A stretch of DNA of 64,000 nucleotides from Nageia nagi (lineage: Eukaryota; Plantae; Pinophyta). The number at the start of each line of letters is the position of its first letter. Positions within the stretch are counted from its first letter, which is position 1. The stretch is taken from NCBI GenBank assembly GCA_050084985.1, contig JBITNC010000001.1, positions 102,672,001 to 102,736,000 of the forward strand. Reading direction: 5' to 3'. Shown here in pieces: positions 52,098 through 64,000 of the stretch. The notes below the pieces were generated by a model. That model saw nothing but the letters and a program-made list of their open reading frames with translations, was not told where the DNA came from and made no database searches. The position numbers and the translations under genes are program-made.

Positions 52098-54699
52098 GGA
52101 AAATGTTAATGATGATCTTGTAGCTAAATGGTTAAAATATTGTGTAAAATTCCCAATTTGTCTATTTTGGTAGGTTTCGAGATCGATAATATTACCTTGA
52201 TTTGATTTTTAATTTTTATCTTCTAGGTGGCATAGCTGACCCACTATTTTAATTTTTTGATATTATAATTAGCCTTTATTTAGAAAGGGGGTTTTCTCAT
52301 TTTAACCTTGAAATTATAAAAATGAATATAAATATGACATTATAGTTGCTCTTATATATATGCCTAATCATATATATAGTAATGCAATACAAGTTTTCTA
52401 ATATAAATTATGTTGTTATTGCATGCATATTCATTTTGGAGAATATGAATACAACATTTTGTGGATAAGAAAAGATCCATAATTCACACATTTTATGAGG
52501 ATTCATCTAGGTGTTAGTCATTTTGCCAAGGTGAGATAATTGTTCACTCCATTTACTTTTGTCCTCCAATATTTACAAATTGGTCCTTTTGTCCATCTTT
52601 CAATGTCATCACATATAAGAAAATTTCATCTTTGTTATGACAAAGATTGATAGTCGTTCTACCCAATTTTACTTTTTTTGTAAGGATTTTTACCATGTTT
52701 GATTTTTAAATTGTGTACAAGCTTATTTATTATTTCATCCAATGTTATTTTTCATTCCATGATATTGATATATTATGTACAATTTTTTGACTAATATATT
52801 ATATACAAACTTATCTATCAGTCCATCTAAAGTTATTTATCATTCCATGAGATTGCATTTTGATGAGGTATTTTTTCAAAAATTCATGGTCCCTTTAAAT
52901 GTGTTCAATTTGTGCAATATTATTATCATTGCAAGTCATGAAACTATATCTACATTAGGCATATTGTTACATAATTTGTGTTCCTTCTCTATGCTTCCAT
53001 AGTTCGTATAATGTCTACTAAAGCATTCAAAACCAAAACATGTGATAAAAATCCACTTTTAAAGAGTATTTAATGTATAAAACTTGTTGTAAATCTTCTA
53101 TATTAGTGAATTCTTTGAGGACACTAGAAAAGGAGAATTGATCTAGTTGGAATATTGTTATTGTTTGTTACAATTGGTGAAATAGTGTTGATGCCAATCA
53201 AGGAAATCCATGTCTTTGGTGACATGAAATTATCATATTCTATGAGAAGATATCTCATTCAATCATATAGTAAAAAATTTTATAGGTATCCTTAAAATTT
53301 TATAGTTGAAATACATTTTGATAAGTATATATTACAAAAACTTGTGCATATATGGGTTAAATTTAATTCCAATGTGATTAATGAGTGAATGAAAAAGATT
53401 TCCCTATGGAAGGGCATTGTTGGTGATGCAAGTATGCAAGATTTGAAGACATGTTGAAGAGAATAAAGAGTATTATATACCTATATTTGTATTAAGTAAG
53501 ATATATAATACATGCTTCAATCATCCATATCAACAAATTTGTATGAGAGTGATATTCAATGTTGAGATTATATGATTGTGAAAATGTGAGCAACAAAAGA
53601 CAATCTCCTTCAAAAGTGAAGGAAGTGGTCTTATGGCCATCTATTTATACCTTTGTTAATATATAATTTTGATTATATATTGACTATAATATGAGTTATA
53701 TTTCTTACATGAAATGAAGTGATACCTAAAGCCTATTTTATAAAATATTTAGGCATGATATGGGATAAGCTACCAAGCTCTAGGTAAGCCAACTTAGATA
53801 AGCTAGAAAACTCCTTGAGAATACATTATCTATTTATTCTAAGATAATTCCAAATACTTTAGAGTTGATATCTACCTAATGAATGATAATATATCCTATT
53901 CAAATAATATCATTTCATCCAAACTTATTTGATATATTATGTACAAAGTTATCTTTCATTTCATCAAAACTTATCTATTATTTCATCAAAATGTATTTAT
54001 CATCTTATCAAATTTGTTGCTAGAAGTCAAAAATAATCAACTTACCAAAAATAAAATTTAACATTATTTGTCTAAACTTCATTTTTATTTTGAATAAAGA
54101 CTTAGCCTTCTCATTTAAGTCATCCCAGATAATTCCTTATGTCATCTTATCCAATTATTTATGTTGTTTCATAAGATAAAATCTATCTAATATTTTAATA
54201 TCATTCTACCTAATTTATGATATCATTTCATATAATTTTAATTAGTTTTTTTCTAATAGGTAAATTATATTAACAAAAAAATGATGGGTTTTAACTAGAT
54301 CCCAAAACTAGTTAGAAAGTGATTTCAACTGAAACTAGCTACGTAGTTATACATGTAAGTAGCTAAAAGTAGTTAAAAAAATAACCAAAATATAGCTAAT
54401 AAAATTCAAATGCTAACCAGCTATAGCCATAATGTAGCCTACTCTATAAAATTAATCTATCATGACCATAGTAAATTTTTGTTTGGGTTACAGCTTCATT
54501 GCAGCTTAACTACATCTTCATAACTTGAACATGTTAATCTAGAAATACTTTAATCAACCAAAAAGTCAGCTAAGTTTTAGTGAGAATATCTAGAGTGAGT
54601 TGAACATCATTTGGAAGATATTTCTATATCATTTTCTCTCTAACTTCACTTTGGTATGGACAACCAATGTGTGCTTTAGTTGTATTTGGATTTTTCATG

Positions 54700-55830
54700 T
54701 AACCTATTATTTACCTTAATGGGATTTCCTTCCCACCTTCCCTACATTCCTATTGTGTTTTTGAATAATGAATATATTAATTTTGAGCTTGTTTCCTTTG
54801 TTTATTTAATTATCCATACTTATCATTTATCTTTCCTTCCATATCCATGGACTCCTCATCCACACTATAATCACTATTATTATCTTCAATAGCATTGAGT
54901 ACCACATAGGGGTTCATGCTTTCTAGACTCTTTTGTTGGCTAGGTTATTACTATTATGATTATGGGAGATTTTTTTTATGAACTTTCTCCTTATTCTTAT
55001 AATTCTATCATTGGAATATTTTCCAACCTTGTTCATTTTGCTTATAATTCTCCTTTTTTTTTACATTCTTTTGCATAATGATCAAAATGCTTGCAAATCC
55101 CACATTTGATTAGTAAGGTTTTGTAGATAATCTCTTGCTCCCATATACCTCCATATTGTTCCTTAATAAGCATTGTATTCATCAATTCCTTGCTAATATC
55201 AAGATTCACATAAAATATCACCTTTATCATTCTTGTCTACATCCTTGTTACTCTCTCAATTAAAACAAGTAAACATATTCCTTTAGCAACATCATCCAGG
55301 ATATTAACATTCCAAAATTTTGGTGGGAGATGCAGGAGCAAAACCCAAGTGGGAATTAGGTCAAAATTTTCCTTCTCTAGGTAGAATCCTTTATACCAAT
55401 ATTTTATAACCAAACCCTTTCTACCAAGGAACTAAGGGCCTAAGTCTAGGAATTTCTAAATATCTTCCTCACTTTCAAATTTGAAAAGTAATTTTCTTTT
55501 TGAAGGGCCACTAAATCCATAGTATCTTTCGTACACCATCTCTCAATCATCTATCTTCTAATCACATCTAAAAAAGGTATTATTCCTATAAATTTTCCAA
55601 CCAAAGTGAACTTTTATCAATCTTATTCTTAGGAAATGATACTCTTAGGGACCTTGATTCAAATTTTATTTTTAGAGATAGTAGGAACTAAATCAATAAT
55701 TATTTTCTCTGGAAGCTTTGGTTGTTCTCAAGTGATAACATTCACCCATTCCTTTAGAGGTTTAGGGTTTAGTATCCTCCTTGCTTTGTTAATCATGCTT
55801 TGCACATCATTTGGATACATTACAACAAGA
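54700..55830 (-). pseudogene. L1 LINE ORF1 fragment without ORF2
   Basis: FKFESEEDI*KFLDLGP*FLGRKGLVIKYWYKGF, PTWVLLLHLPPKFWN, VNLDISKEL, WEQEIIY..CGICKHFDHYAKEC. Confidence 0.88.
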
Positions 55831-56172
55831 TTATAGCTTTACTTAAGCTATAATTTGCATTGTAATAGCAAACCATTAGTTCTATGATAGTTCACCCATG
55901 ATTATGTTACATTTTTCCTATATATGTTCAAAATTTTCATGTAGTAAAATACAATTCATCTAATTTTAATTATGTTTCCATATAATTTTATTAATTTTTT
56001 ATCATTAATAATTATTTCATCTCATATTTAATTTTTTTGATAATTTTATAATTTTAATAGCCAAGAAAAATAAATATGGTTAGCCAAATATCACCCTATT
56101 TTCTAAATAGATTTGAAAGAGATCATCTTAGATTTTATAAAAACTTTTGGGGGGCACTCTTAAAAATTTCTC

Positions 56173-56175
<3 letters not shown>

Positions 56176-56215
<40 letters not shown>
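56176..56215. repeat. (TA)n microsatellite
   Basis: Directly visible. Confidence 0.97.
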
Positions 56216-56219
<4 letters not shown>

Positions 56220-56699
56220 ATAATTATATTTATATTATTGGTAAAATCCTTGATTCTTGCTTGCAAAATGTATTGTACAACATTCTCTTTTTTTATTTTG
56301 AATTTTGTAATTAGGGTAGTTGAATGTTTTCATTCAAAACAATTATCCTCCTCTTACCACTTATTTCTCCACTAGCTTCATCTTGGGCATAGTGTTTTCA
56401 TTCTAAAACTATAATCTGTGCAAAATATTAAGCTTACAATGTTTGTATGTTGTTCTAATTTCCTTACTTTTCATCCTAGTTGCTAATCTTCAATCCCAAA
56501 GTCTTGATTCTATAAGTAATATATTTACTTCACTTTTTCCCTCTTATTAATGTTGATGTTAATGTGTCAGTACCTTGAATATCTAAAAAGTATTAAAAAA
56601 GATTTAAACTCTTCAAAACTTTGGATCTCACCCCATTCTTGAATTGTAGAAAAACTTTAACAAAATAAAATTTAAATTTAAATTGAAGACTTTGAGTTA

Positions 56700-58900
56700 T
56701 GCAAATGAAAGTTTTGAACCACTAGGAATAAAAACTTCAAAGTTTTAATTCCAACCTCCCTAGGTTCAAACCTTTGTGAGATTATATTCACAATATCATG
56801 TTATTTATATGGGTTTAACTTCTTGGGTAAACTCAAGCTCCTTATTCACCTAAAAATATTATACAAGGTACTTTTTGTTATCTGAATACTCTTATTCATA
56901 ACCCATTGATTTCTTTAAGTTCATTTTGATTATCTATACTAGTATTGTACTCTAGAATGATTATGTCCTCCATAGACTCTACATTTGTTTAAATCCTAAC
57001 ATTTCATGATAGTATGCTTTCTTATTCCATAGTATTTATAGAAAAGTATTCTCTTGAATATAAAGCTCCACAATACTTATTAAATATAATTTGTGGGTTC
57101 TAGCCTTCCATTCCGATTCCTTTTGGAGTCTCTAGCATGTTAAATTCATAACTAGGATTTTTTTTGTACTCTACAACTTGCTTATCTTCCTAGTTAGGGT
57201 TACATTCATATTCCATATACATTTTCTCCTTACCTTTATCATCCATCTTTGGATTCCTTATGACCAAACTAAATTTTATGTGCTTCCATTTTTTCCTCAT
57301 CCTTTAATGGTTGCAATGTAAATTCCTTATCATTATTCTCCAACTTATATGTGTTTTTTCATACATTATATATCATGCTCCTATCATATTCCTAAGGTGT
57401 TTTGAGTAAAACATGATAGGAATCCATATGCATAACATCACACAAACCTTCATGCCTATAAGGACCAATATGAAAATCTACTAAAATTTGTTTACTTACA
57501 AAAATTTAGTGACCCTCCAATAACAAAGACACCTTATATGACTTTTGGTGTTTCATTTTATTTATTCCTAATTTGTCCATAATCTTAGTAGATATTGTAT
57601 TTTTAGTAGTTCCACTATTTATTATAACTTTACAACACTTATATCATGACTTATAGATGGTTTGAAATAAGTTTCTTTATTGCCTTTTCATTGCATCCTA
57701 TTTTATTGATTATGGTGGTTCTCACCTTACAATGGGATATTATCCATTCTTAGGTTCTACTTCAGGACTTGATGAGATTACACTTCCCTTCTTTGATTGT
57801 ACTATTTGGTTATTTGATTCATATATTTTTCCTTAACTCAATTCCACTTATGGACACTCAAAAGCTTTATGTCTCGATTCCCCACATCTATAACATATTC
57901 CAAGTGATCCTCTTCCTCTTATAAAGGGTCCTCTATCTCTTTCAAAATTTCCTTGATGGGGAGTGATCATAGTTTTCTAAGGAGCTCTACTCCTAAATTT
58001 TGATTGTTTTTGACCTCTTCCACTATTAAATTAGTCTCTTCCTTTGGAGTATCTTCCTCTTCTTTACATAATATTTTGTTATTGTATTAACAACCTCTCC
58101 TCATACTTAAGTACATATTGATAGGATTATTCTATAGAGTTTATCTTCATCATGCCCATCTTATGTTGGATTAGAAAATGCAATCCATTCATATATTTGG
58201 CTATCTTTTTTTTTACTTTTCCTAACATGGCCAAATTTGATTGATAACTTATAAAAATCCTTCATGTATTCCTTTAATTAAATTTTCACTTTTTCGTATG
58301 TGATTTTGCAACTTCATAAATAAATCCAACTAATAGTCATTAGGAATAAATTTAACCATCATATTTATCACCATTTTTCCAAGATCTAATTTTCCCTTCT
58401 TATAGCCTTCCTTTTTTCTTAAATATGATCCCACCATGAGGATGCATGTCCCTTAAACCTTGTACTTGCATATTTGATCTTTTTAAGGTCATTTTTATGA
58501 TTTAAATTAAATTATTTATTTTTATATATTATCCAATCAATAAGGTCTTCCCAATTTAAGCTACCATCATAACATAGCAGCTCTATCTTCAACCTCCTTC
58601 CTATATTGGTTATACCTTTGATAATTTTCATAACTGGGTCATCTAATTGACCTTCCAATTTTGATAATGAACTAACATCCTCTTCTTCTTCCATTCCCAT
58701 ATTAGCATCTTCCACTACAACTTCTCTTTTTGTATTTTTTGGAGCTCTCCTCTCAACTTAGCTTCCATTTTTTTAAGAATTTCAAGTATTTATGTGTTCC
58801 CCATATTTCTTCCACTAGTTCCAACTCTTACACCTCTAACTTTGGCACAAGGTTCTATTTTATGGTTTCTTTTTTTGACATACCTTGTCTCTTTGATAAT
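56700..58900 (-). pseudogene. Ty3/Gypsy gag-protease remnant
   Basis: KIELLCYDGSLNWEDLIDWI...TRFKGHASSWWD (gag), CYRCGESRHKAFEC knuckle at about 57855-57900, and IGPYRHEGLCDVMHMDSYHVLLKTP*EYDR (PR C-terminus). No recognisable RT. Confidence 0.82.
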
Positions 58901-61900
58901 CTCTTCCACTCATCATTTATTTTTAGGGATTTAAATATATGATGAGTGGAAGAGAATATTTTATTTCTTACTACTTATATATGGTTTAGGGAATCTTTTA
59001 TTTCTTCCTACTCTATTTTTTTCCTTCTAGATTGGTCACAATTATGCAAAGAGGCATCCTACAACCATATACAAGGGGGAGATGAGAGCTCACTTATCAC
59101 TTGTGATATGTTTAATGATTAGTCAACTATATGTAAAAGAATAAAAAATATTACTCAGGTATGCAGTAAAAAAATTAATATATAAATATAAATGAGAATA
59201 AACAAATATTAAAATTAAATTATGTAATATAACTTTTATTGTAAAGATCAAAATGCAATATTATTAAAGATTATATAGAAACATTACTAGAGAATAAAGA
59301 AATTATCATGAAACTTTCCTTCCTTGAGCAAGAAAATTAAAAGAATGTATTTTATATAGATAAATAAATATATGATAAATAGGCAATTCTTCTTTACACC
59401 ATTATATATATTTCTATAACAATCTTTAACCAATCCATGTTGCTAGATATCTACATTATCTTAGAATGAATAGGGAGAAGTAAGTAAAAATATAGAAGTA
59501 ATTTATTAAGGCCATGCTTGAAAAGTTTCTTATAATTTTTTGTCAAAGCCTAGAGCCTTAAACACCTCTAAGATTGAATGGATAGTTTAATTTCTTAAAA
59601 ACTAAATCCTTAAATACTTTAGAGATTGAATGGATAGTTCATCGATATAAAAAAAAAATCATAATAAAGGTAATATAAGAATGTAAATTACATTCATTAA
59701 TTATCTAAAAAATTCTATAGTTTTATTCTACATTTTATTGGTATTACCATACCTTTAAAAAACAAGAGTATGATTCGAAATATTTATCCAATAAAAGCTT
59801 ATAACATTGAAAAGAATAAAATAGTAAACCCAACATGAATAGGATAAAGTCAAATAATAGCTCTCAATAAAATTTGGGATTACTATCCCTACAGCAAGAC
59901 ACTCAAAGCCTTAAAAAAATAACCAAAAAAATCATGCTCTATCAGAGGGTTCCTCATGGTAGACCTCCTCCTAAGACTTCCTTATTTAGATTTGCAAAAC
60001 CATATAAATAAGTTTGGTGTTACACATGAGAGTTACAATTACCTCCTATAAAATAGTCAATTTATTCTTTAGCTCTAAATATTGAGATTCCCACTTGGGA
60101 ACCACTTTATCTTTATTCTTGTAGGGTTTATTCATATAGGCCTTAACTTTATTTCACTTTAGGGAGGTATCATTTGAACTTCTTATCATAATAGTTTATG
60201 GGGTACCTCACTTCTTTCTAAAAAAATGATGTTGAGCACTATCTAAGTTTGCATCCTTACTCTTGGGTGGGGTGACCTTCTTGTAGTTGGATTCCCCATT
60301 CAGGATTGTTGCTTCCTTGCTTGATTTAACCAGTTGTAATAAAGAAGGATCTTTATTCTCAAAATGTCAGTCAGAAAATCAACCCTATTAGCAAACAAGA
60401 CAAACATACTTAATACAAACTAAAATTTTATTAATTTTTTGAAAGACCTCAGTATTATAGATTTCAAATCACTAGATCCAATTGCCTTGTGAAAGGGTTT
60501 TTCTCAAAATGTATATATAAAATAAATTGTATGGAGTATATAGATAGAGGGTCATTGGTGACCCTTATTGGAACTCTAGCGATTGAGATGAAATGCTAAC
60601 ACCCAATATCAAGTCACTAATGATTGTGTGATTTCAAATTTTATGATTAATTTGAACCACTCTCTCAGGTTATGGCTTTTTTTCATTTATATCTATGATG
60701 CCTTTTGAATTTTGCTACATCTTAATACCTGTGAACTCTACACACACACTCAAACAACACATTAAAACATACTTGTACTTTTTTCAAATCTTAACATAAG
60801 GAAGAAAAGCATATAACAATAATCAAACTAAAATAAACCTCACAATTCAATCTTCATTTCAATAGCATAAGTCTACTTCAATTTTTCACCTCTCTTTTTG
60901 TCTATCTACTTCATGTATTTATAGATTTTTTAGTGGGCATTTGTGGAATTGTACAAGGTTGAAAAAGGGCAGTCAAAGTTTATCACTAGCTTTAAATAAC
61001 CAAAGGGATTTCATGTTTAGTGACAATGCAAGTAATGACTAACCCTCTTTATCCATACTTTTGTGGAGAGGATGAAACTTACAGTTCATATTCTATTTTT
61101 TGAGTTTTGATTTTTCTATTATAGAGTTGCCAACGATCATAAGCTAATGCCAGCAACCTTTATTGATTGTTAGTGGTTATATCTTAATTGTCAACTTTTT
61201 AAGTCTTTTAATTTTTTAGTGTATAAGTGGATTGTATTTTGATGTCTACATTTTGTCCCTTTTTGAATTATTAACCAAAGATGAGGTTAATAGTTCAAAA
61301 ACATAGAATGGAAAGCTTTAAATTATTATTTTATCTAATTATCTTTAAGGCTTTTTGCAATAGAAATTTTGACTCAATTTCTTATGTAAGTCAAAATTTT
61401 GATCTATCAAATTATGATAAAATGTGTTTTCATTTAGCATTTGACGTGTTTTGAAAACAAATTTGGATATACTTCAAAAATGATTATTTTCGATATGACA
61501 ATTTGTTGAGCTTGTGTGACAGTTGCATGACATTTTTGTTATGTCATTTTGCATGTATAAGTACACATGTACTATTTAAGTATTTCTTTAGTATATGGGT
61601 TTTTGATGATGTTCTCCTTTTTCCTGATGATAAGGTTTCAAGGTAATCTTATGTAATAATGATTTATCACATTTTACCATTTTTGATATTCACAAAATCA
61701 ACAATATCTTAAGAAGTATTATCAAATTTTTTTACACATGAAGCTTAAGTTTCTTAGAAAAATATAATCATAACCTCCACTTTTTTTTTAATCACTGGTA
61801 GTAGATTTAAAATGCTAGCATTTTTCAATGAATCATTAATGTTTGCTATTCGATCATCGGCATTTCATGTCATAGGATGATAAAAAGGAAAAGTTTAAAT

Positions 61901-62003
61901 TTCATTATTACTTTCTATGTTGTCATTTTCTTATCTATTGGGTGTCATTTATTTTTCATACTTTTTATTATGTTGTTAGCTTTCAATATCTAATGAGACT
62001 ATC

Positions 62004-63950
62004 ATGCTTCCACATTGTCACTCTGTTGGCCATTCCCAACCTATTCGAGAAGAGGTAGCATTTTAAACTAACCTTATTATTTAATTTTTTCTTATATCTG
62101 ATATTTTAACCATTTTGTTTTAATTTTTTAGTTATATAATACAATAATTAGGTAGTTAATAAGTTTCCATAAGATTAGAATGTAGTTTAGACTTTCTTTC
62201 TATTTATTTTAACAAACTTTCAAACCCTCAACCATAGTTGTTGACCAAAGCTAAAGGGTTTCAAGTTCGCCAGTGTTTATATGTTAGACATCGATGATTC
62301 TGTAACACCAATATTTGAATATCGATGTTTAATGTTGAATCAACCATTTTTTTTAAGAGTTAAAGTTTTATGAATTTGTAGGTTTGAGATATTTTTGAGC
62401 CTCATGGTAGATACTCTTCAATAATTCAAGTGGGTGGGGAGTTTCTAGGATCGGTTGATCACACATTCTTTAGGATAGTTGGATTTGGTGTGGGCCCATA
62501 TATGGGTTGCATTCATTGGGAGTATTCATTATTGGCAACTTTGTTGGATAGATGGGATGCTCATACTTCAAACTTTCATCTCCCAACTGGGGATATGATG
62601 ATTATTATAGAGGATATTCATCGATTATATAGACTACCTATCCATGGTCAGAGGATACAGCATGTGGTAGATAGAGTTGGAGCTTTGCCAATGATTTTGT
62701 ATCTTTATGGAACAAATAGTGTTGATATTATTTTTTTGAGATTATTTCTAGAGGGATCCAATATTACCAGTATTGGATGGAGGATCGGATGGGAGCTATA
62801 CAATTTTCCTATTTGATGGGATTAGTTCAATGTTATGCTCTCCTAGATACTAGTGGTGGGAGATTTCCATGGTCACTTTTGTTGATTATAGAAAATATGA
62901 TACAGCATGAGATAATATATGCTTGGGTGCCTACACTATTAGCTTAGATTTATAGAGAGCTATTCTTTTATTCTTAGGGGCATCATGCCTCCTTGTCAAT
63001 TACTATCACTTTGCAAGCATGGGCTTATAAGCATATTGCTATAGCTCATAGGCTTACCTATAGTTGGTTTTGGTAGCCATTTAGAGTATGAGGTAGGCAT
63101 CATTTGATGGCATGATGATTTTTATATTTGTTCATCAGATGGTGTTAGGTGAGATGTGGCCTATTACTACCACATCTTAGCTCAATTAGTTTCATATCAT
63201 GTGAGGTTTATACCTTATCATTTATATCTAGTTTGGTCTAAGCATGCAAGAGAGATTATTGGTATTTGAGACATGTTTATTGAGTGGTAAAAAGAAATAT
63301 TTCCTTGAGTTTTTTAGTTTGGTAAAGTATGCTACCAATTTGGTTTGGTTCAAGACATTCCACCTCCACTAGTGCTATATCAGCATGAGGGTACTATCCC
63401 AATGGATGGTGTTCAATCTTTGGTGTATGTAGAGACACATCCTACTCAGGAGGAGGCATTGACTGAGGATGATACTAAGGTACATGATATTAGCATTACT
63501 GAGGATTTTAGAGCTTGGTGGCATGTTGAGTTAGAGGGTGGTGAGGATGATGGAGAAGGTAGATGCATTCATCAACATATTAATGATGTTGAGGAGGTGG
63601 GTGTAGCCATAGGTGAGACAATAATAGGTGAGGGAGAGGAGACAATGATAGATGCTACTAAGGAGTTTATTCCTTAGGAAAGAGTAGTGAGTCTAGCTAA
63701 GAAGGGAGTTGTCCTAAGCAGAGATGATGATGATAGAGGTGATATCCTAATGACTCAGATCCCTAGTATAAATAGTTTACTAGGTGATATTTATGATCTC
63801 ATATATCAGTTGGTGCAGGCCAACTCATGCATGTACAGATATAGAGCTAAGAGGGATCAGTATCATTGAGAGAGGGATGAGGCTCATGCATCACTGTAGG
63901 GAGCTTAGGCTCATTACATGGGAGAAGCACCCACTCTTAGGGGTACAGAG
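62004..63950 (+). pseudogene. Aminotransferase-like plant mobile domain (PMD) pseudogene, probably TE-borne; intron 62055-62381
   Basis: LLDRWDAHTSNFHLPTGDMMIIIEDIHRLYRLPIHG, YAWVPTLLA*IYREL, TLQAWAYKHI, VCYQFGLVQDIP and an acidic tail. Exon 1 (62004-62054) splices GT..AG in frame with the 62430 ORF. Confidence 0.88.
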
Positions 63951-64000
63951 AGTAGATCCTTAATGTTTGTTTATGGCATCTATTAGCAAAAATATTATTA

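Noticed and set aside
52450-53650. Possible minus-strand MULE/SWIM-type transposase remnant
   Set aside because: Coding-like composition, but I could not recover a diagnostic motif or TIRs.
56076-56375. Ile-Tyr repeat ORF
   Set aside because: Translation of the (TA)n tract.
59560-59640. Direct repeat AGATTGAATGGATAGTT x2
   Set aside because: Short local duplication with no supporting structure.

Overview
AT-rich, strongly CpG-depleted plant intergenic DNA, most consistent with a large gymnosperm (conifer-type) genome (inferred from the element types and decay pattern). I find no intact host gene, RNA gene or CRISPR array. The window is a nest of old, decayed transposons whose boundaries can still be reconstructed. 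It contains: (1) a Gypsy 5' end (LTR, PBS, gag-PR) at 1-2091; (2) full-length L1 LINE A (2170-23154, 13-bp TSD), split by a 13.3-kb Tat/Ogre LTR element that carries a PPR gene fragment, and by a solo LTR; (3) a gag-only LTR element (23462-36069, TSD GTGCT) whose 5' LTR is split by full-length L1 LINE B; (4) a 7.5-kb hAT element with a second, convergent gene and four 21-bp arrays; (5) Copia, LINE and Gypsy remnants; (6) a spliced plant-mobile-domain (PMD) pseudogene. The best candidate for something undescribed is that both divergent full-length L1 elements carry a homologous third ORF between ORF2 and the A-rich tail. The next best is the PMD-like partner gene inside the hAT element. All coding remnants contain stops and frameshifts, and all alignments were done by eye.
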